NCBI RefSeq assembly: GCF_041260155.1
Contig: NC_091939.1
Span: 23,771,744 to 23,835,743, forward strand
Reading direction: 5' to 3'
Origin: Ptychodera flava
Lineage: Eukaryota
DNA length: 64,000 nt
Each line of letters opens with the position of its first letter. Positions within the stretch are counted from its first letter, which is position 1. Below the pieces are notes generated by a model. That model had not been told where the DNA came from. It searched no databases and saw nothing but the letters and a program-made list of their open reading frames with translations. This document shows positions 60,038-64,000 of the stretch, in pieces. Position numbers and translations under genes: made by a program.

Positions 60038-60820
60038 CACATTTTGTCCCAAAAGGATTGGCATTGCTACCAAGAAGTAAACAGCTAATACACTCAAGGT
60101 AGCAATAATCCAACTAGCAAAGACCCACAGTTGAAGCCAAAACCGACTTTGGAAAAACCAAGCCAAGAAAGCCACGATGCCGCTGATGTGCAACAGGTGA
60201 CCCGGTAGAAATGAGACGGACACCGCAAGAGTTGCCAATATAACTAACACTTTGAAAGTCTTGAATTGCGAAGCCTTAGACTCAAAGTGCGCCGCCGCTA
60301 TGAGAGAGTCGTGCTTTCCAACCAGACCGAAGACACGCATGGTTTTCATTTTCTCAAGGGTCCTCGATGCGATGGTATAATTTCTCAAAAACTCCTCCCG
60401 ATCGAAGGCGCTCGAAACTCCTCGCCTGTTATCGTCCAGGAACCTCGCTTTCATGTCGATGACCTTCTTGACCTTCCCGGCGATGAAATTCGGAAGTTTA
60501 CCGTTGTCTTCTAACTTTTGAATCATTGCTTCGTTGAAAGCAACAAAATTGGGTTCGAATATTTCCATTATGGTTCTTTGCAACTTCAGATTTGCTTGAG
60601 TAACCAGGTCAAAGTTGGAACCAATCCAAATGACCTCGTCTGTCCACGATGCTAATTCTTCAAACATGTCACGAAGGTAGCGATACACACTTTCGCCCAT
60701 TGTACAATGTGAATGGTCTCTCCAATGTATGCAGGTGATGTGTCCGCTGGACAATCTGCGACAGAAATCAAGCATTGCGCGATCGTTATGACCCATATCA
60801 TGTAGCGTTTTAGGTAGCAC
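60035..60820 (-). CDS. Uncharacterised protein with C-terminal transmembrane helices (261 aa in the track; the open frame extends upstream to about 60853 past a possible acceptor cgaatcag|). Family not recognised
   Basis: The long open frame has a soluble N-terminal part (HDMGHNDRAMLDFCRRLSSGHITCIHWRDHSHCTMGES...) and 2-3 hydrophobic helices at the C-terminus (VLVILATLAVSVSFLPG...FWLQLWVFASWIIATLSVLAVYFLVAMPILLG). The track start is a GTG. The first ATG gives MGHNDRAM... The stop TGA (60035-60037) directly abuts an (AT)n microsatellite. Confidence 0.4.
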
Positions 60821-63525
60821 AGTATACAGCAGATACGAAGACTGCCTGATTCGTCAGATTGAGGAGTACAAAACTGTATTATATTCTTAGTCATGGCACT
60901 ATCCACCGGACCGGTGGGTGGATAGTGGGACTGTGTGTGGATAGGGGGACTATGGTCATGGCGACCACAGGCACTGCCGTAGTTGACAGTTCTTTTTAAT
61001 AGTGTAGTAGAAAGGGCCCTTTACCACACTATGAAAAGCGCTGAATTACTGCGGTGCCTGTAATGGCGACTGACAAGAGTAAATCACACAATTTCTCATG
61101 TCGACGCAAACCGGATCACCGACAGCTTGCGAACAACAAAAGATACCCACCTGTTTATATAGCAAAGTCTGACGATATGCTTTTTGACACCCAGACAACT
61201 ACTACAGCGACCCCTTTCGATCGTCGGTAGCGGCTGGCGATGGAACCACAGAAATATTATGGCGTCTAATACGCTACAGCCGACCTTATTTGAAGAACAA
61301 GTCTGTTCAATGAAAGCTATTGAATATGAAAGAAAGGTATACGTGAAGCCCGGGGGTCAGCTAGCGTTTTGCGCAAGCGCAAGCATGCATTTAGGTCAAT
61401 GGTACTACATGTAACCCCAGTTAAGTCTCGTCGTTCGGATAAAACGTTGGTTTTTAACATGTAGACAAGCAGTAGCTTCACCACCGTGTATTAAAGAGAT
61501 AACAACGCAGCGAAAGTATTTTCCGACATTTTTCCGTTTATTTCTGTCTGTTTTTTTTCTCGTTATGTCGTCCCTGAAAACAATACCTGAATTGTAATAA
61601 TAAAATTATTGGATAATGAACCATCATTTTCTGTCGGAGCTTAGCAATCCGTCGAAACGAGAAAGTTGCATGCAGGCAGATGAAAGCTTTACTTCAGCAG
61701 CTTCGAATCTTGGATTGAGTGACTTCATTTCATTTCATTCCAAAGCCACGTCAATGAACGTTAGACGGATGACGGCAGAAGGGAGCGCTCAGATTAGGGC
61801 CAGGGCTGGGCCGGCATATTCTTCTTGTGCATCTGTTAAAATAGGTGAACTCCCACCCATTGCCCCTCCCCCAATTGATCCGCCCACTTTTAAGATCACA
61901 AAAATTTCATGAAACCCTCCCATTTTGTTTGAATAAGTATTGATCCAACCTTGAATGATAACACTGGCCATTACCAGTGCGTACATACAATATAGCATCA
62001 GTGGAAAAGAGATATTTCCAGCATCCAGCTCTTCTTCCTGATCTCGTATACATTGTATACATATTGTCTCGGAAGGTTCAAAAAAAAAATCATCACTTGT
62101 GTTGCTGCCATTTTCTTTTTCGGCAAAAGCTCCGAGTCTGATGTGTCACTGTCACCATAGCTACTGATTTGACTTGTTCAATTCTTACGTTGATTGCCAT
62201 ATCACTCCAACTGTTGCAATCTTTTCAAGTGTTGTCCATACAGTTCTAAAGATTTTTTTATATTTAAAATGGATATGAGTTTTATTCTACATTCTATTTC
62301 ATTCTGTCCAAGTCATGTTTATGTAATTTAACCATAGTTTTCCCAATATAAATGTAATTCGTGCAATTCTTTACTTCTCAACAGCATTGTGAACCACATG
62401 TAAAACCTACGTACATGACCACTCCGCGTTCCCTTCTTGGGCCACAAATCCTGGCATTTCTGTTGATATGCGTTCTATCAGGTTGATTGAAAACGCTGTA
62501 ACATTCAACCATATTTTCATCGGCCTCACTTCCAAGGGAAATTGCGCATTTCATATAGATGCATTTTCTTTCAGAGGAAAATATTGCATTTGAAATTCCT
62601 TCATGTCACCAAAAGTGCCAGGATATAGGTGTTAAAGAGCCTATTGACAGGCCTAAGTACCCACCGTTCTGGGGTAAGGAGAAGCAAAGTAAGCTACGGT
62701 AAAGTGCTTGATCAAGGACATGCTCCCAAGTGGAATACTCTTCCCACAATACCAGAATGCTACCTGAAAGATACTTTACTACACATTATATTACCATGCC
62801 CTGCCTGTCGCATTTTGATTGGTCGAGCAGAACCACGTGACTGACCACAATACACAGTAATAGTTTGTTTACATGCCCGTGAATATGAATAATAAGATTA
62901 ACAACTCAAAGTATCGTACTTTACAGCTCAAACGTAAATTATAATAAAAAACGAAATAAAATTGAGCACATGTAGGTCAAGTTGAGATACATTTTTCAGT
63001 GAAAACATCTCCGGATTTGCCAATTTTTTACAGCGCGCTTGACAGTGCGTCGCGTGTTGCTCAGTTCTTGGGGCCCAGTTGTCGTTCGCCTCCGGAAATT
63101 TTCGCAAATTTTGACGGTTTTCTTGGGTTCGCTGATAATATAATGGAAATACAGACTCCGCTCTGACCATTAACGTTTATTTATGGGCGCGGGCTCTAGG
63201 AAAGCCAAATTAACGGGCTCGGCAAGCCTCGCCCGTCAATTTGGTTCCCAGAATATTTTTGTACACTGAAACTGCTTTTTGCTGGGATGTATTGAATCAA
63301 GTGAACCCCATGTGCTGTTTGAAAAATATGAAAAAAATACCTGACTCCCATGCAATTTCCAAATTTAAGTTGACACTCCCCCTTTCCGGATTTTGCCGGC
63401 CTGCCCCGCCTTAGTAATTGAACGCTCCCCAAGTTATAGTATAAGTACAGATCCGACGAAACCGAAAAACGTTCGCCTCTCCGATATGAAATGACAAAGA
63501 CACAAGATATTTATAAAAGTACGGA

Positions 63526-63643
63526 TTCCCCAGGTGAGGCTCGAACTCACAACCTCCGCATTACTCACTATCCAGCACAACGTGTGCGTTGACCATGTAC
63601 TGACATATAAGTACGGCGCGCTAACCGATTGTGCCACTGGGGA
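63526..63643 (-). tRNA. tRNA-Ile (anticodon UAU) gene with intron, copy 2
   Basis: Its exons are identical to copy 1. The only two differences are in the intron (tgtcag vs tgacag at the intron 5' end, gagta vs gagtg at the intron 3' end). The flanks are unrelated to copy 1. A T-run (AAAA on + at 63515-63518) lies 3' of the gene. Confidence 0.8.
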
Positions 63644-63756
63644 TCTGATATCACGGAGTCTATACTCTGGTAGACATTACGTTACAGAGATTTAAAAAAC
63701 CTGCGAGAAAGATTGACATATATTTTTGATATCATTATTAAAACAAACTATTTTTG

Positions 63757-64000
63757 TTAAGGTAATGCACCTCGAAAGTGAAAGACTTAAACTTTTGCTC
63801 AAACTTTCCTCAATGAAACTTTCAACCAATCTCTTACCAAATCAAGAATAAAAATCAGGGGTCACCGCGCAAACTTTGGTACTAGAGAGACAAGTCACCA
63901 TCAATTTTCCGATATTAGAAATTCAAAATGACCGTCATATCCCTGTGTTAACTTTACGGGGAAAAATAAAATTTTCGATTTTCGAAAAACTAAAACGGTG
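63757..64000 (-). repeat. Repeat family A copy in reverse orientation, cut by the window end
   Basis: TTAAGGTAATGCACCTCGAAAGTGAAAGACTTAAACTTTTGCTCAAACTTTCC... continues through the ggtcaccgcgcaaac and caaaatgaccgtc blocks. Confidence 0.55.

Overview
This is a eukaryotic, almost certainly metazoan (invertebrate-like) nuclear window: it has GT-AG spliced genes, Pol III tRNA genes with introns, and abundant microsatellites and MITEs. It is not a prokaryotic locus, and there are no operons or CRISPR arrays. Two protein-coding genes are well supported. A complete 13-coding-exon major vault protein (MVP) gene lies on the + strand (non-coding exon 1 near 22.0 kb, ATG 24062, stop 39777; 863 aa by my splice model). 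An intronless otopetrin-family proton-channel gene also lies on the + strand (48398-50572). A third, unidentified minus-strand ORF (60035-60820) ends in C-terminal transmembrane helices. Two near-identical intron-containing tRNA-Ile(UAU) genes lie on the minus strand; the differences between them fall only in the intron. The rest of the window is repeat-rich. It includes a 1.67-kb foldback-type element with nested hairpins, 51-bp subrepeat arrays and a 6-bp target-site duplication (TSD), plus two MITE families (5-bp and about 6-bp TSDs). A TTAA-terminated interspersed repeat family has 5 copies, and another family was duplicated locally. There are short perfect palindromes, some centred on TGACGTCA, and many (GA)n, (AT)n, (GT)n, (GAAA)n and G/C homopolymer tracts. 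Several ORFs in the six-frame track are translations of repeats or alternative frames and are rejected. Everything comes from reading the sequence and from remembered family signatures; no database search was run.
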